Source: Paraspadella gotoi (lineage: Eukaryota > Animalia > Chaetognatha). Taken from it: a stretch of DNA of 64,000 nucleotides. The DNA is taken from the NCBI GenBank assembly GCA_051294375.1, contig CM119264.1, positions 21,857,582 through 21,921,581 on the forward strand, in the 5' to 3' direction. Below the pieces are notes generated by a model. The model ran no database searches and was not told the DNA's origin. It worked only from the letters and a program-made list of their open reading frames with translations. A program made the translations under genes and the position numbers. Shown one piece after another: positions 47,410 through 60,600 of the stretch; the stretch's first letter is position 1; each line of letters starts with the position of its first letter.

Positions 47410-48329
47410 TAAGAAACCGGCGGAAGAAAGTATCTTAACTTAAATATAACTGTGAATTTAGTACTGTGAATTAGCACACGATGTCGGACACATCGGGATT
47501 TCATATCATATGGTTAAAATAAAAAAGTATTACGTCAAATTCAGGCTTGGATTTCGGCAAAGACGAGTTGACGAGACCTCAGTGACGTCATAGCACTTGG
47601 TATTCGCACTCAAACGGTTGTGGCGATGCGCGCTCATTGGCACGCGGCGTGCGATTATCACCCGGAAACTATTTTCCTACTTAGTGTGTACATTCTGTGA
47701 CGACTTTTTTTTTTATTATGTTATCTTGTAAGCTATGAAAGATATTTAAGGTAATTAGCGCTCATTGTTAAGCTCGTTCATCATCGAGCGAAATATAGTT
47801 TGAACCTCCTTTCATGATTTGCTAGTTTTCTTGGGGGAGATATAGAAACGTTTCTATTTTAAACTGTCAAAAAATAGATGTCATAAATGAAACGAATAAA
47901 ATAGCTAAGAAAATACGTACAACCTCTCATTACAACCAGGCATCGAAATATGCTTCTTTTGGGAATGCAAAGTTGCAAAAAGTCGGTTCGCTTCAGATTT
48001 TAGTACAATGCAAAATGGTCTCGTGCCGTAAGGATACAATGTCAAGAGTGATGCGGGTTTGTTTCCATTTGCGTTTCGGGTCCTTGATCCTAGAATCGAT
48101 TGAACCGTTTTCCGTCTTTATGTTTTACGCTCGAAAAAGTTAGGAAAGCAAATTTGTCTCTCTCTCTCTGTGTGTCTCTCTCACTCACTCACCTTTATTT
48201 TAACTGATTTTTTTTCTCCTCTTCATCCTCCACATTCTCCTCTCCTCTTCCTCCTTCTCCTCCTCCTCTTCGTCCCTTATTATTGATCGGCGCATCTTCG
48301 CTTTTTTCCCCCCGATTTGGACCGCGGAT

Positions 48330-48675
48330 GGCGCTCGTGATGCTCGTCGTCACGTGATTCGTGACGCGGCTCTGGAAGTGATCACGTGGCGGAGATCACG
48401 TGACGGGAGGATTTCATTTCTTCGAATCGATTCGCGGGTATAAATAATCAGCTATCGGAAGTGGACGACAGAATTCGTCCGAGTGACGACGCGACGTTCA
48501 AAATTTTATTACCTTTTTTTTCTCGGACCGAAAAGTGAATTCCTTTTTCTTTTATTTTATTTACAATAATTTTAATCAACTAAAAGACTGAAACTAAAAA
48601 AAAACGAAAAAAAAACGACGCGTCCGTTTTCTTTATTGAATTTTCCACTGAAAAATGAAAAATTCGGAGGTAAGG
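48330..48675 (+). promoter_or_regulatory. Candidate promoter with three TCACGTG E-boxes, a TATA box and a first non-coding exon ending at donor GAG|GTAAGG (48669)
   Basis: GTCACGTGAT (48349), ATCACGTGGC (48381), ATCACGTGAC (48395), TATAAATA (48439). Duplicated at about 58234-58560. Confidence 0.55.
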
Positions 48676-51648
48676 TGCTGTTACGAAACATTCCGGGAAC
48701 TGCCTCAAGTCGAGTAAATTTCCTCACTCAAGTTATTAATACATATACATTACATACATATATAGTATAGTAGTATATGTAGTGTAGTAATATTCTCAAA
48801 AACCCTACACCTTCATTTCCTACTAGACCACACCGATATCGATACACTTAAAAAGATTTGCGTCTTCCTTTTTTCATTTCTGAAGAAAGTGAAAGTAGAT
48901 ATTTTCTCCTTGTACTCTTTCAAGTCGATATTTTGATGCATTACCACATCTAACGTGATAAAAACTTAGGAAATCATTTACATAGTATTCTATGTGCAAA
49001 GGTGAAGTGTAAAAGGCAACCACAGGATTTCTTTTTTGTTTTCTCATTTATTTTTTCATTATTTTGGGTTTTCTGTTGATGTTCGTATTGCTTTGCTTTC
49101 TTGGATATATTTTTTTTGTCTCGCCTTGCATAAGATTCCAAATTAATTGTACATAAAGAGAGGTAGGCTTTGCAGAATTTTCCTTTTTACATATAAAGTT
49201 ATTTCACATGGGGTTCCTCTTGCGCGTTTTCTAGAGCTGAAACTATCTTGTCCGGGAGAAAGCGAATTTCTTGAATGAACAGAATGTAATGCAATTATTT
49301 TTAAATCCACAAGTTTTGCGTTTAACATTCTGGTTGTTATACAATGTTTTTCAAAGAGTGTTATTGAACTTAAAATTTAGGAAATCTCATCTTATTTCAA
49401 CATAATTCGATGAATTTACTTCCAATTATGTACAGAAAAATATATATTAGTACTATCGTTGCATCACTATCGTTAGCATAAAATAATAATGATATCGAAA
49501 ATAAGTATTTCATATATAATATGTATAATTGTATATTGTAGATAAGTTATAAGATGAAATAGGTTAAAAACATTGTTCTATGGTAAATACAAAATAATAT
49601 TGACTCCAGGGATAATAAAATTTAAAGTTGATCTTTGATAAAATCATGTTTGATGAAATTTTCTTCTTAAGTTAAGGGCATTTTTAAATTATGGACGAAT
49701 TCAAACTTTCATCGGTTCCGTTAGTATTACCAAAAAATATTAGGGGACTAAAATGAGAAAGTTAATGATTCAACTCCGAGATGAGAAATATAAAAGCTCC
49801 AAAATGAACAAGTTATTTTTTTCTGTCTTTTTCTGTCTTTTTCTTTCCTTTTCTCTTTTTTTTTCTTTCCTAAATTTTTTCCCCTTTTTTTCACTCCCGC
49901 GTCAAGGGCCAATCATGCTTCCATGATTGAGAAAGCTTGCGTTCCACGCGTTCCGATTGGACGGTCCCTCACCACGCCGTCAAGAAGCGACCGCGAAGAC
50001 GTTTCCTTGGCAACCATGACGTCACAACAAATGAGTGCAAAGCAGAATTTGATTTTTCTCTCGATCACCGGGTTGCCTGCCGTCGAGAAAAAGAGATGGA
50101 AAAACCCACCGAAGCGAACCCCGGTTTTCTTTTTAAAAGCGGAATGTCACATTTTGCACCCCAATTGCGTGCGTGCGTGATGACGCACAAATCGTTTGGC
50201 ACTTTTGAATTCTGTTGGTGCGCTCATTTTTCATTGCTTCGAGTTTCGCAAACGTGAAAAAAAAAATGGAAAAAAGAAAAGAAAAAAAAGGGGGTTTCAT
50301 CTGGGGACCTGTGTGACCGGGTCTGCATTGAAGAACCTCGAGAAAAACGATGCCATCTGGTATTCTGAATCTCTCGATCTGCCAACCATTCCTGCCATCT
50401 GGGGATTCAAGGACCAAGAGCTCTGTATTGTAAAGTTCCCTTCCTTTTTTACTAGTTATGGTAACGATTACGTCAGATTTCAACGTCGACAGGTAAGTTG
50501 GATTCCTTATTGTGCAATTTGCTGCTTTAATACCAGACGCCTTTTCTTAAAATTCTTACTTAAAAAACTCTAAACGTTTTATTCTTATTAAAGTCATTAT
50601 TGTGCTTGTTAACCTGCTGACAAATTTATTAAAGTTTTCAAATTTATGACGCAGAAATCTTCAAAAAAATGGTGGAAACTACGTAAAATGCAACATATAT
50701 TAAAAAAATATCCATTCACTACTTGAAAATCCAGTTTGTTTAAGTAAATACGTTAATGCATATAATTATAAAGCATTCTTAAAAAATGTCAAAATATCAA
50801 TATTAGTTTCAGATTATTTTAGAAAATTTATCTAAAAAATAACTTAAGTCTTAAAATGTTTTAGATATGTCATTTCTAACATTTTAGTCTAAAATTTATT
50901 TTGACTTATTTCTATTCTAATAGTACAATTTTATTAAGTTTAATCTGTATTTAATTTTAATTATTTATGTAATTATGTATTTATCATTTTACTTATTTAT
51001 TCATTTTTTATCCAATATGATCGAACAACATTGATATTCATGTAATATTTGACTAAGATGACGCAGGGCGAAGCAGGACGTTTCATTCCTGTTTCTAATT
51101 TGTTAGAAACAAACTAAGGTATAGAACTTTAAAAATATTTTCTAATTATCATCACTTAAATTAAATTGGTAATTGCTCATTAGAGGTCAGCTTAACTAGA
51201 ATATGCTAAATATCTTTTAAAATTATTAAACAAACCTTTAATTTGAATAATAATTTTCATACAATTGAAACATTCTTTGAAATATTTTCCACTTCATTGA
51301 TAGGGAAGCCAGGTACTCTGGGAGTGAATAAACGAGACTGTGAGAGAGTCTTGATTGAAAGCTTGCAGGGACCTGCTATGTTATTATCTTGTAAGAGTGA
51401 TGGAGGCCTTAAACCACCAAAGCCCGTCCAAAGTCAGGGGCAAGATAGCTTATTTATTAAATGAATGGATAATTTTTATATTGGTTGTACCAATTTCATA
51501 AACAATAATCTGAAGTTAATACTAAATATTATTGCAAATTAGATTAATTTGACTTGCTGTTCAGTCTAATTTGGTAAGGATGACAATTTGACAATCATTT
51601 TACGAATAAATTGAACAGATATTATTGTTTCGACACTGGTTGGATTTA

Positions 51649-52234
51649 CACTCATGTGCAAAAAACGCGCCACTTTATAACTTTCAATTACAGATACTCC
51701 ATAAAATTATTTTTAAAAATTATATAAAATAATAAAATTTTAAAAAAAATAATCAATGAATATATCAGTTTTATCAAAATTGGTTAAGCGGTTTAAGAGA
51801 TATGATTTTTTAAACTTGAGTATTCCAAATCAAGAGGGAAAATTGAATATTATTCAAAAGTTTTAGAATCATTAACCTATCATTCATCTTATTTTTTAAT
51901 GATTTTAAAATTATTATTTAAGGATCTGGGTCAATACAATTATCCAGCTATCCTTCCGGATATCCCTTGTAATTTTTAAAAATGTTTTAATGTATTACAA
52001 AGAATATAAAATAAAAATAATTAATCTTAAATAAATCAAATTCCTTGATCTTTAGTTTTTTTTAAAAAAAATCACTACTTTTAAATGGATAGCCCAATTT
52101 TAATAAAATTTAAGCCAAACTCTTTACATTTTAATAAATTTCAATTATTTTTAAAATTAAAAAAAAAATTAAATATATAGTATGATTTTTAAAGACTGAT
52201 ATAAAGTGGTGCGTTTTTTTTTTGCACATGACTG
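51649..52234. mobile_element. Tc1/mariner-type MITE with TA target-site duplication (duplicate at 61533-62122)
   Basis: TA|CACTCATGTGCAAAAAACGCGCCACTTTATA ... TATAAAGTGGTGCGTTTTTTTTTTGCACATGACTG|TA. Confidence 0.8.
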
Positions 52235-52241
52235 TAGAATA

Positions 52242-54538
52242 GACACATTTTTTTCCGCTGAAAATGGTCATAGAGTCTCCAAAAATGTGTCATTCTGTTC
52301 GTATTTAAACGTTCTTTTAGAAAAAAAACCTTTCAAAGAATTTTTTAAATACTTCCTCGCCTCTCCCAGGGGCGTCAAAGTGCCACGAGCGTCAAATTTA
52401 TCGATTTTTTGATAATTTTCTTTATTTTCTTGTTATAATAGCTAATTTTAAATAATTTTTCAATAATATGTTATGATTTATTAGGTTATTCCATAAAAAA
52501 ATCTTTATAAGATTTGTATTTGCATTGTATCAGTAATCTTTAAACCGAAAAATGCCAGAAGACCGGAAATGACTCACAAAAATCACGTTATTTTCATAAA
52601 AATTTCAATTTAGAATTTTTTCCGAAAAAAAAATATATGAAAGCTAGAAAATATTTTAAATTTTATAAGTCATTGCAAAAGATGAGAAAAAGATAGAATA
52701 CCCGGGACGAAAAATGCAGAATTAGTTCATATTTACTTCAATTTGTAAAATTTGGAGCGTATGACTGGAATCAAGTATGATTTGACCGGACTCACGCTTG
52801 AAATGAGGAAGAACAGGCTTGTCAAGGAAAAGATGTGATGAGAAAAACAGTGAGACTGGATTTAATTTTAAAAACATCCTTAAATTTTAAACATATTGTA
52901 AAATATTTTTTTTAAAGTTTTTTTAATATAAATATCAAGCTTTTATGATTACGGGAAGAAAACCTTGAAATACCATCATATGTCATAAAAGATCCAGAGA
53001 TTTAATCACTACAATCTAACGATGCTGACATTATACCGAACACTAAACATGGAAAAATGTCAAAGCTATTACAGTTACATTAAAGCAGCAAGAGTGAATA
53101 TGGTCAGCCATCAGCGCTGCTGATCGGGCATGTCTATCAACCAACAACATTTTTCTCCTTTTACGAGATATTGTTTGTCACAGTAAAAGTTGTCATGAAA
53201 ATGGTTTTTCTTTTGCTCTCACTTATTGCTGAGATCCGTAAAGAAGTTCATATGACAAAGTTAAATCTTACAAAAGTAAAATTTAAAAAAAAAATTTTAT
53301 TGATCGTAATAATATCTCATCTCCAGGAAACCTTTAACTTCTGAAAATTTTTCTTGAAATGACCTGTAGGACAAACTCTCTATGTAGTTCGTCGCTTTAA
53401 ATTTACTTTTGTAAAAGTGTTTAAAAATATAAACAATCAATATTTGTTTAAGCGCGTTTTGCATTTATATCCTGAATATGCTTTATTTCTTGTGCTGTTT
53501 TAGCTCTGAGCCCCCAGCAAAAAGTTTATGTCACCAATTTAATGTCATTTTTACATGTACATCATGGCGGATGCGCTCTCCCTCTGAAAAAATCAACGCA
53601 ATGCAATGAAAGACGCAATGGTGGCGGCTTCTTAAAATGGCAATATTTTGTTTTGAAATGGGGAAAACAGGCAATGCCTTGTATGTACGATGATAGTCAT
53701 CTGGAAGAATTTATAACGAATAGTCTTGCTTGTTTTTTCAGTTCCAATATTTGTTTTAACAATTTGGTAAAATGAAAATATAAATTAAACATAAAAATTC
53801 TTCCATGCTTACACGATTTGAGCCGTCGAGTGAATGGAAAGACAATTCAAATTTCCAAGCTTTCCGTCCTTTTAAACAGATTTTCTCTGCTCAATGAAGC
53901 CACTGACCGTTAGGGTCAAGTTTTGCAAGTGCCATGACCTTTGCCAATTCCCAATAATCTTGAGCAAACTTCAGGATTTTTGCAGGCAATGGATATGAAT
54001 CAACGCGACCATCCCAAAGTAAATAGTTTTAAACTTGAAAACGGTTATGACCATTTTGGTCACATGATCTCATCTATATCCCTCATATACTGATTTTTTT
54101 GCTAAAACTTTTGTTACGAATACAATTATTTTTTACTTTTTAAAACTTGGTCTTTGCCATTTTTCTTGTAGCAATTAAAATTATTTGAATCTGTGATCAT
54201 GCTAATAATTTAACTTCCAGTTTTATTATATTATTAAAAATTCTTAATAACGGTTTGAGGTTGTTTAAAATTACGATTAAATATTTTGGGTAAGCATTTA
54301 AGTATAACAAGGTAATACAAATTTTATCCTTATTTTTATAATTAATCTAAAAAAAAAAAATTGCTGAAAATCAATTATTTTTTTGACGCCCGTGGCACTT
54401 TAACGCCTCTGGGAAAGGCGAGATATTTAAAAAAAATGCAATTATAAATGCTTTCATTGTGTATAGCTTAAAATACGAAAAAGAATGAACACCGTTTTTC
54501 ATAACTCTATGACAATTTTCAGCGGAAAAAAATGTGTC
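52242..54538. mobile_element. Probable non-autonomous DNA transposon with imperfect terminal inverted repeats of about 155 bp
   Basis: GACACATTTTTTTCCGCTGAAAAT...AAAGTGCCACGAGCGTCAAA (52242-52397) is mirrored by TTTGACGCCCGTGGCACTTT...ATTTTCAGCGGAAAAAAATGTGTC (54382-54538). Confidence 0.6.
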
Positions 54539-54668
54539 ACAAATGTGTAGAACTAAATTTTAGATCAAAACTTCATAATCTGCTAATATTTTTTGGTACT
54601 TCTTTATCAAATTCCCTATACAGAAAAAAATGGTGCGCTCCGCGCAATTAAATATCACATCCCCTTAC

Positions 54669-54693
54669 NNNNNNNNNNNNNNNNNNNNNNNNN
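54669..54693. other. Assembly gap (25 N)
   Basis: Run of N. Confidence 1.
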
Positions 54694-57600
54694 TTTAGCT
54701 AAAATAAAAACAAAAAGCCGAAGCAAGAGATGAAAAAAAAGTAAAAGAATTTGCATTTCATCAAAAAAAAGCAATAGATTCTTAGAGATAGCAGAGAAAG
54801 AAAGAAAGAAAGAAAGAAAAGAGCAAAGAAAGAAAGAAGAAGAAAGAAGAAAGAAAGAAGAAAAAAGAAAAAAGAAGAAAAAAAAAAAAGAAAATAAAGA
54901 AAGAAAAAAAAAAAAAAAAATCAAAGAAAGACGAGAGAGGAGTCCCTGAGAGCCCTTGTTTTTGATCCTAAGATTCTTTATTTTTTAATAGCTTTTTGAG
55001 CTTTTCTTTCGTCCCGAACCATCTTGTTACAAATTCCCTCCCGCCTTTCATGAAATCCTGTTGATTTCGACTCGGCGACGGACAAATGGGCGCTTCGAAT
55101 GAGTTTCGAAAAATTCCGATCGAAAAAACTTCGTACAAAAACTAAAAACGATTGGGAAAGAGAATAACATCCTACTCAATTCCGCGACACAAGCAAAAAC
55201 CTTTGGGAAAAAAACTAATCGAGCGGCTCGTTTCGAACAAAGGTCAGCTTGATGGCTGGACAAAACTTTAACCCAGCGCCGTAAGAGGGGAAAGCTGGGA
55301 AAGGCAAACGAAACAAGGAAACAAAGTCCGAAAGTCAAAAACCGAGAAAGACACGGGTGAGTCTGAGGCTGATTAGCACGAGTTGAAGGCAAAAGGCGAT
55401 AAATTAAAACGCAGAAATTAAATTTAGGAACAATGTTTACGTGTAGTGAATGTAGAAGGGAGGGAAATATCGGAGTGTTTGGAAAAAAAATTTCAGTTTT
55501 CTCCCTGCATTCCAAGAAATTTTTAACGCCGAGGAGGCTGCATATTGATATGGAAAGGCTCAAATGCCGACAGGTGAAAACACAGGTTCACCCTTGCCAA
55601 ACAATGGAGCGTATCGTTGTCGGGGCTTTTAACAAAGGCTAGGGGGGGGCGGGTTGCTAAGCACCCACAAGCGGGTTTACGATCGTCCTCACGGCTTCTC
55701 GTAGGCGGGTAAGGGATAACGATTGAAACGGATTGAACCTGGCCTTCAAGAGCTTTTCTTATGGCTACCGTGTCTCTAGTAGGGGTGAATTTTGCAATGC
55801 CCCTACACCGATTTACTGCGGATCGTGTCAGCTTTACTTAACTTAAGGATCCGTAGAGAATGGGTCTCGAACGAGCCGAACTGCTTGTAAATATTTTCAT
55901 TGCCATTTACATACATTGTGTAATTCGTTATCGAATCAAATGTCCGTGATTTTCCAACATTCCGTCCGCCATACGAGAAGAGAAAAATCATCAACGTAAA
56001 TAACAAAATCTACGGGCTCAACGCGACTCTATCCGCGCCGGTCTTCGGGGTCGACGACGACCGACGACGGACGACGACGCCGGACGTGCAGAGCGCGACG
56101 TCGTCTTCTTACGAAATCCACGAGAAGAGATCGGAAGAAAAGATCGTCGGGCTTTCCGACGACGATGAGAAGGCGTCTTACGCTCGACTGGAGGTCGACG
56201 AGAATGAGAAATAAAGTGGGATCGGAGAGGAAAGGAAAGCAAAGGTTTTATTTGTATAGAAAATTAAAACAGGAAAATCCTGAGGCAGGAAGAACAAAAA
56301 AGGCATCTTATCGCGGTAAAGGTTTTATCAGGACGGAAAAAAGGTAAGATTTTTTATTAATACTTGAAAAAGAAATGTGAAGATCTTTACTTGAGATTAA
56401 AGTATCGGCCAAGGGTAAGTAAGGCGTTATTCCATCCGAAAAGAAAGAGGATTAAAGTAAGTGAGATTAAACGTCAATTATTTACATCTACTATCTACAT
56501 CTCAATTTTCCTTTCGCCTTGACAATCCAAGGAAATTTGGGTGTAATTGGTAATAAATTAAGCGTCTTCGTGCTTAGGACCTTAGGACTTTTCACAGCGG
56601 TTGCTTGGTAAGTTCAGGTGAGGAAAAGTTAAAAAAAGCAATCAACGAGGATTAGAATATAAAGAGATACTTAATACATTATTATTCAAGAGAACGAAGA
56701 AAAAAAAAAGAATGAAAAAAATGAAAAAAAAAAATAGCTACCATAACTTTTTGAGCGACCAAGAAATGAGTCGGTTTGCAACAGACCTGTCTCGGCAGAG
56801 TTTGAGTAAAATCCGTCATCTTTTCATTTCCCTTAATCGGGTTAAAAGGGAAAAAAAATTTCAGGGTGATAACTGAAGATTGGGTTAGGTCCAAAAAAAA
56901 AAAAAAAATTAACGGATAAAAAAATTAAAGCGGCTTTTTAAAGCAAGAAAAAGGAACGTAACAGGAAAAAAAGAAAACAAAAAAAAAGAAAAGATGATGG
57001 AGAAAAAGAATGAAAGAAAAAGAACTCGATCAGCAAGCAAGCTACATTTTTTTTTAACGCAAATGCTTGCAAAATTTTCCAGGCAGCTTGCTCTCTCGTC
57101 TGAAAAAGCTGCGCTCTCAAAAACAGAGAGAATCTGACGATGAGGAAGATTCTTACGTCGGCCAATGGGAGGATGAAGAGGATGAGAGGACGTGGATTGA
57201 GTCCGCCAAGAGTGACTTCAAAACTAACGAATGGGTGATACAAATTATGAACTCAATATTGACATAATGACTATCTGATAAGAAAACCGGCGGAAGAAAG
57301 TATCTTAACTTAAAATATAACTGTGAATTTAGTACTGTGAATAGCACACGATGCTCGCGACACATCGGGATTCATATCATATGGTTAAATAAAAAGTATT
57401 ACGTCAAATTCAGGCTTGGATTTTCGCAAGACGAGTTGACGGAGACCTCAAGTGACGTTCATAGCACTTGGTATTCGCACTCAAACGGTGTGGCGATGCC
57501 TCGCTCATTGGCCAGCGGCGTGCGATTATCACCCGGAAACTACTTTTCCTACTTAGTGTTGTACATTCTTGTGACGAACTTTTTTTTATTATGTTATCTT

Positions 57601-60600
57601 GTAAGCTATGAAAGAATATTTAAGGTAATTAGCGCTCATTGTTAAGCTCGTTCATCATCGAGCGAAATATAAGTTTGGAACCTCCTTTCTATGATTTGCT
57701 AGTTTTCTTGGGGGAGAATATAGAAACCGTTTCTATTTTAAACTGTCAAAAAATAGATGTCATAAATGAAACGCAATAAAAATAGCTAAGAAAATACGTA
57801 CAACCTCTCATTACAACCAGGCATCGAAATATGCTTCTCTTTCGGGAATGCAAAGTTGCAAAAAGTCGGTTCGCTTCAAAGATTTAGTACAATGCAAAAT
57901 GGGTCTCGTGCCGTAAGGATACAATGTCAAAGGTGATGCGCGGTTTGTTTCCATTTGCGTTTCCGGGTCCTTGATCCTAGAATCGATTGAACCGTTTTCC
58001 GTCTTTATGTTTTACGCTCGAAAAAGTTAGGAAAGGCAAATTTGTCTCTCTTCTCTCTGTGTGTCTCTCTACTCACTCACCTTTATTTTAACTGATTTTT
58101 TTTTCTCCTCTTCATCCTCCACATTCTCCTCTCCTCTTCCTCCTTCTCCTCTCTCTTCTCCCTTATTATTGATCGGCGCATCTTCGCTTTTTTCCCCCCG
58201 ATTTGGACGCGAATGGCGCTCGTGATGCTCGTCGTCACGTGATTCGTGACGCGGCTCTGGAAGTGATCACGTGGCGGAGATCACGTGACGGGAGGATTTC
58301 ATTTCTTCGAATCGATTCGCGGGTATAAATAATCAGCTATCGGAAGTGGACGACAGAATATCGTCCGAGTGACGACGGCGACGTTCAAAATTTTATTACC
58401 TTTTTTTCTCGGACCGAAAAGTGAATTCCTTTTTCTTTTATTTTATTTACAATAATTTTAATCAACTAAAAGACTGAAACTAAAAAAAAACGAAAAAAAA
58501 AAAACGACGCGTCCGTTTTCTTTATTGAATTTTCCACTGAAAAATGAAAAATTCGGAGGTAAGGTGCTGTTACGAAACATTCCGGGAACTGCCTCAAGTC
58601 GAGTAAATTTCCTCACTCAAGTTATTAATACATATACATTACATACATATATAGTATAGTAGTATATGTAGTGTAGTAATATTCTCAAAAAACCCTACAA
58701 CTTCATTTTCCTACTAGACCACACCGATATCGATACACTTAAAAAGATTTGCGTCTTCCTTTTTTCATTTCTGAAGAAAGTGAAAGTAGAATATTTTCTC
58801 CTTGTACTCTTTCAAGTCGATATTTTGATGATTAACCACATCTAACGTGATAAAAACTTAGGAAATCATTTACATAGTATTCTATGTGCAAAGGTGAAGT
58901 GTAAAAGGCAACCACAGGATTTCTTTTTTGTTTTCTCATTTATTTTTTCATTATTTTGGGTTTTCTGTTGATGTTGTATTGCTTTGCTTTCTTGGATATA
59001 TTTTTTTTGTCTCGCCTTGCATAAGAATTCCAAATTAATTCACATAAAGAGAGGTAGGCTTTGCAGAATTTTCCTTTTTACATATAAAGTTATTTCACAT
59101 GGGGTTTCCTCTTGCCGTTTTCTAGAGCTGAAACTATCTTGTCCGGGAGAAAGCGAATTTCTTGAATGAACAGAATTGTAATGCAATTATTTTTAAATCC
59201 ACAAGTTTTGCGTTTAACATTCTGGTTGTTATACAATGTTTTTCAAAGAGTGTTATTGAACTTAAAATTTAGGAAATCTCATCTTATTTTCAACATAATT
59301 CGATGAATTTACTTCCAATTATGTACAGAAAAATATATATTAGTACTATCTTGCATCACTATCGTTAGCATAAAATAATAATGATATCGAAAATAAGTAT
59401 TTCATATATAATATGTATAATTGTATATTGTAGATAAGTTATAAGATGAAATAGGTTAAAAACATTGTTCTATGGTAAATACAAAATAATATTGACTCCA
59501 GGGATAATAAAATTTAAAGTTGATCTTTGATAAAATCATGTTTGATGAAATTTTCTTCTTAAGTTAAGGGCATTTTTAAATTATGGGACGAATTTCAAAT
59601 TTCATCGGTTCCGTTAGTATTACCAAAAAATATTAGGGGACTAAAATGAGAAAGTTAATGATTCAACTCCGAGATGAGAAATATAAAAGCTCCAAAATGA
59701 ACAAGTTATTTTTTCTGTCTTTTTCTGTCTTTTTCTTTCCTTTTCTCTTTTTTTTTCTTTCCTAAATTTTTTCCCCTTTTTTTCACTCCCGCGTCAAGGG
59801 CCAATCATGCTTCCATGATTGAGAAAGCTTGCGGTTCCACGCGTTCCGATTGGACGGTCCCTCACCACGCCGTCAAGAAGCGACCGCGAAGACGTTTCCT
59901 TGGCAACCATGACGTCACAACAAATGAGTGCAAAGCAAATTTGATTTTTCTCTCGATCACCGGGTTGCCTGCCGTCGAGAAAAAGAGATGGAAAACCCAC
60001 CGAAGCGAACCCCGGTTTTCTTTTTAAAAGCGGAATGTCACATTTTGCACCCAATTGCGTGGTGCGTGATGACGCGACAAATCGTTTGGCACTTTTGAAT
60101 TCTGTTGGTGCGCTCATTTTTCATTGCTTCGAGTTTCGCAAACGTGAAAAAAAAATGGAAAAAGAAAAGAAAAAAAAGGGGGTTTCATCTGGGGACCTGT
60201 GTGACCGGGTCTGCATTGAAGAACCTCGAGAAAAACGATGCCATCTGGTATTCTGAATCTCTCGATCTGCCAACCATTCCTGCCATCTGGGGATTCAAGG
60301 ACCAAGAGCTCTGTATTGTAAAGTTCCCTTCCTTTTTTACTAGTTATGGTAACGATTACGTCAGATTTCAACGTCGACAGGTAAGTTGATTCCTTATTGT
60401 GCAATTTGCTGCTTTAATACCAGACGCCTTTTCTTAAAATTCTTACTTAAAAAACTCTAAACGTTTTATTCTTATTAAAGTCATTATTGTGCTTGTTAAC
60501 CTGCTGACAAATTTATTAAAGTTTTCAAATTTATGACGCAGAAATCTTCAAAAAAATGGTGGAAACTACGTAAAATGCAACATATATTAAAAAAATATCC

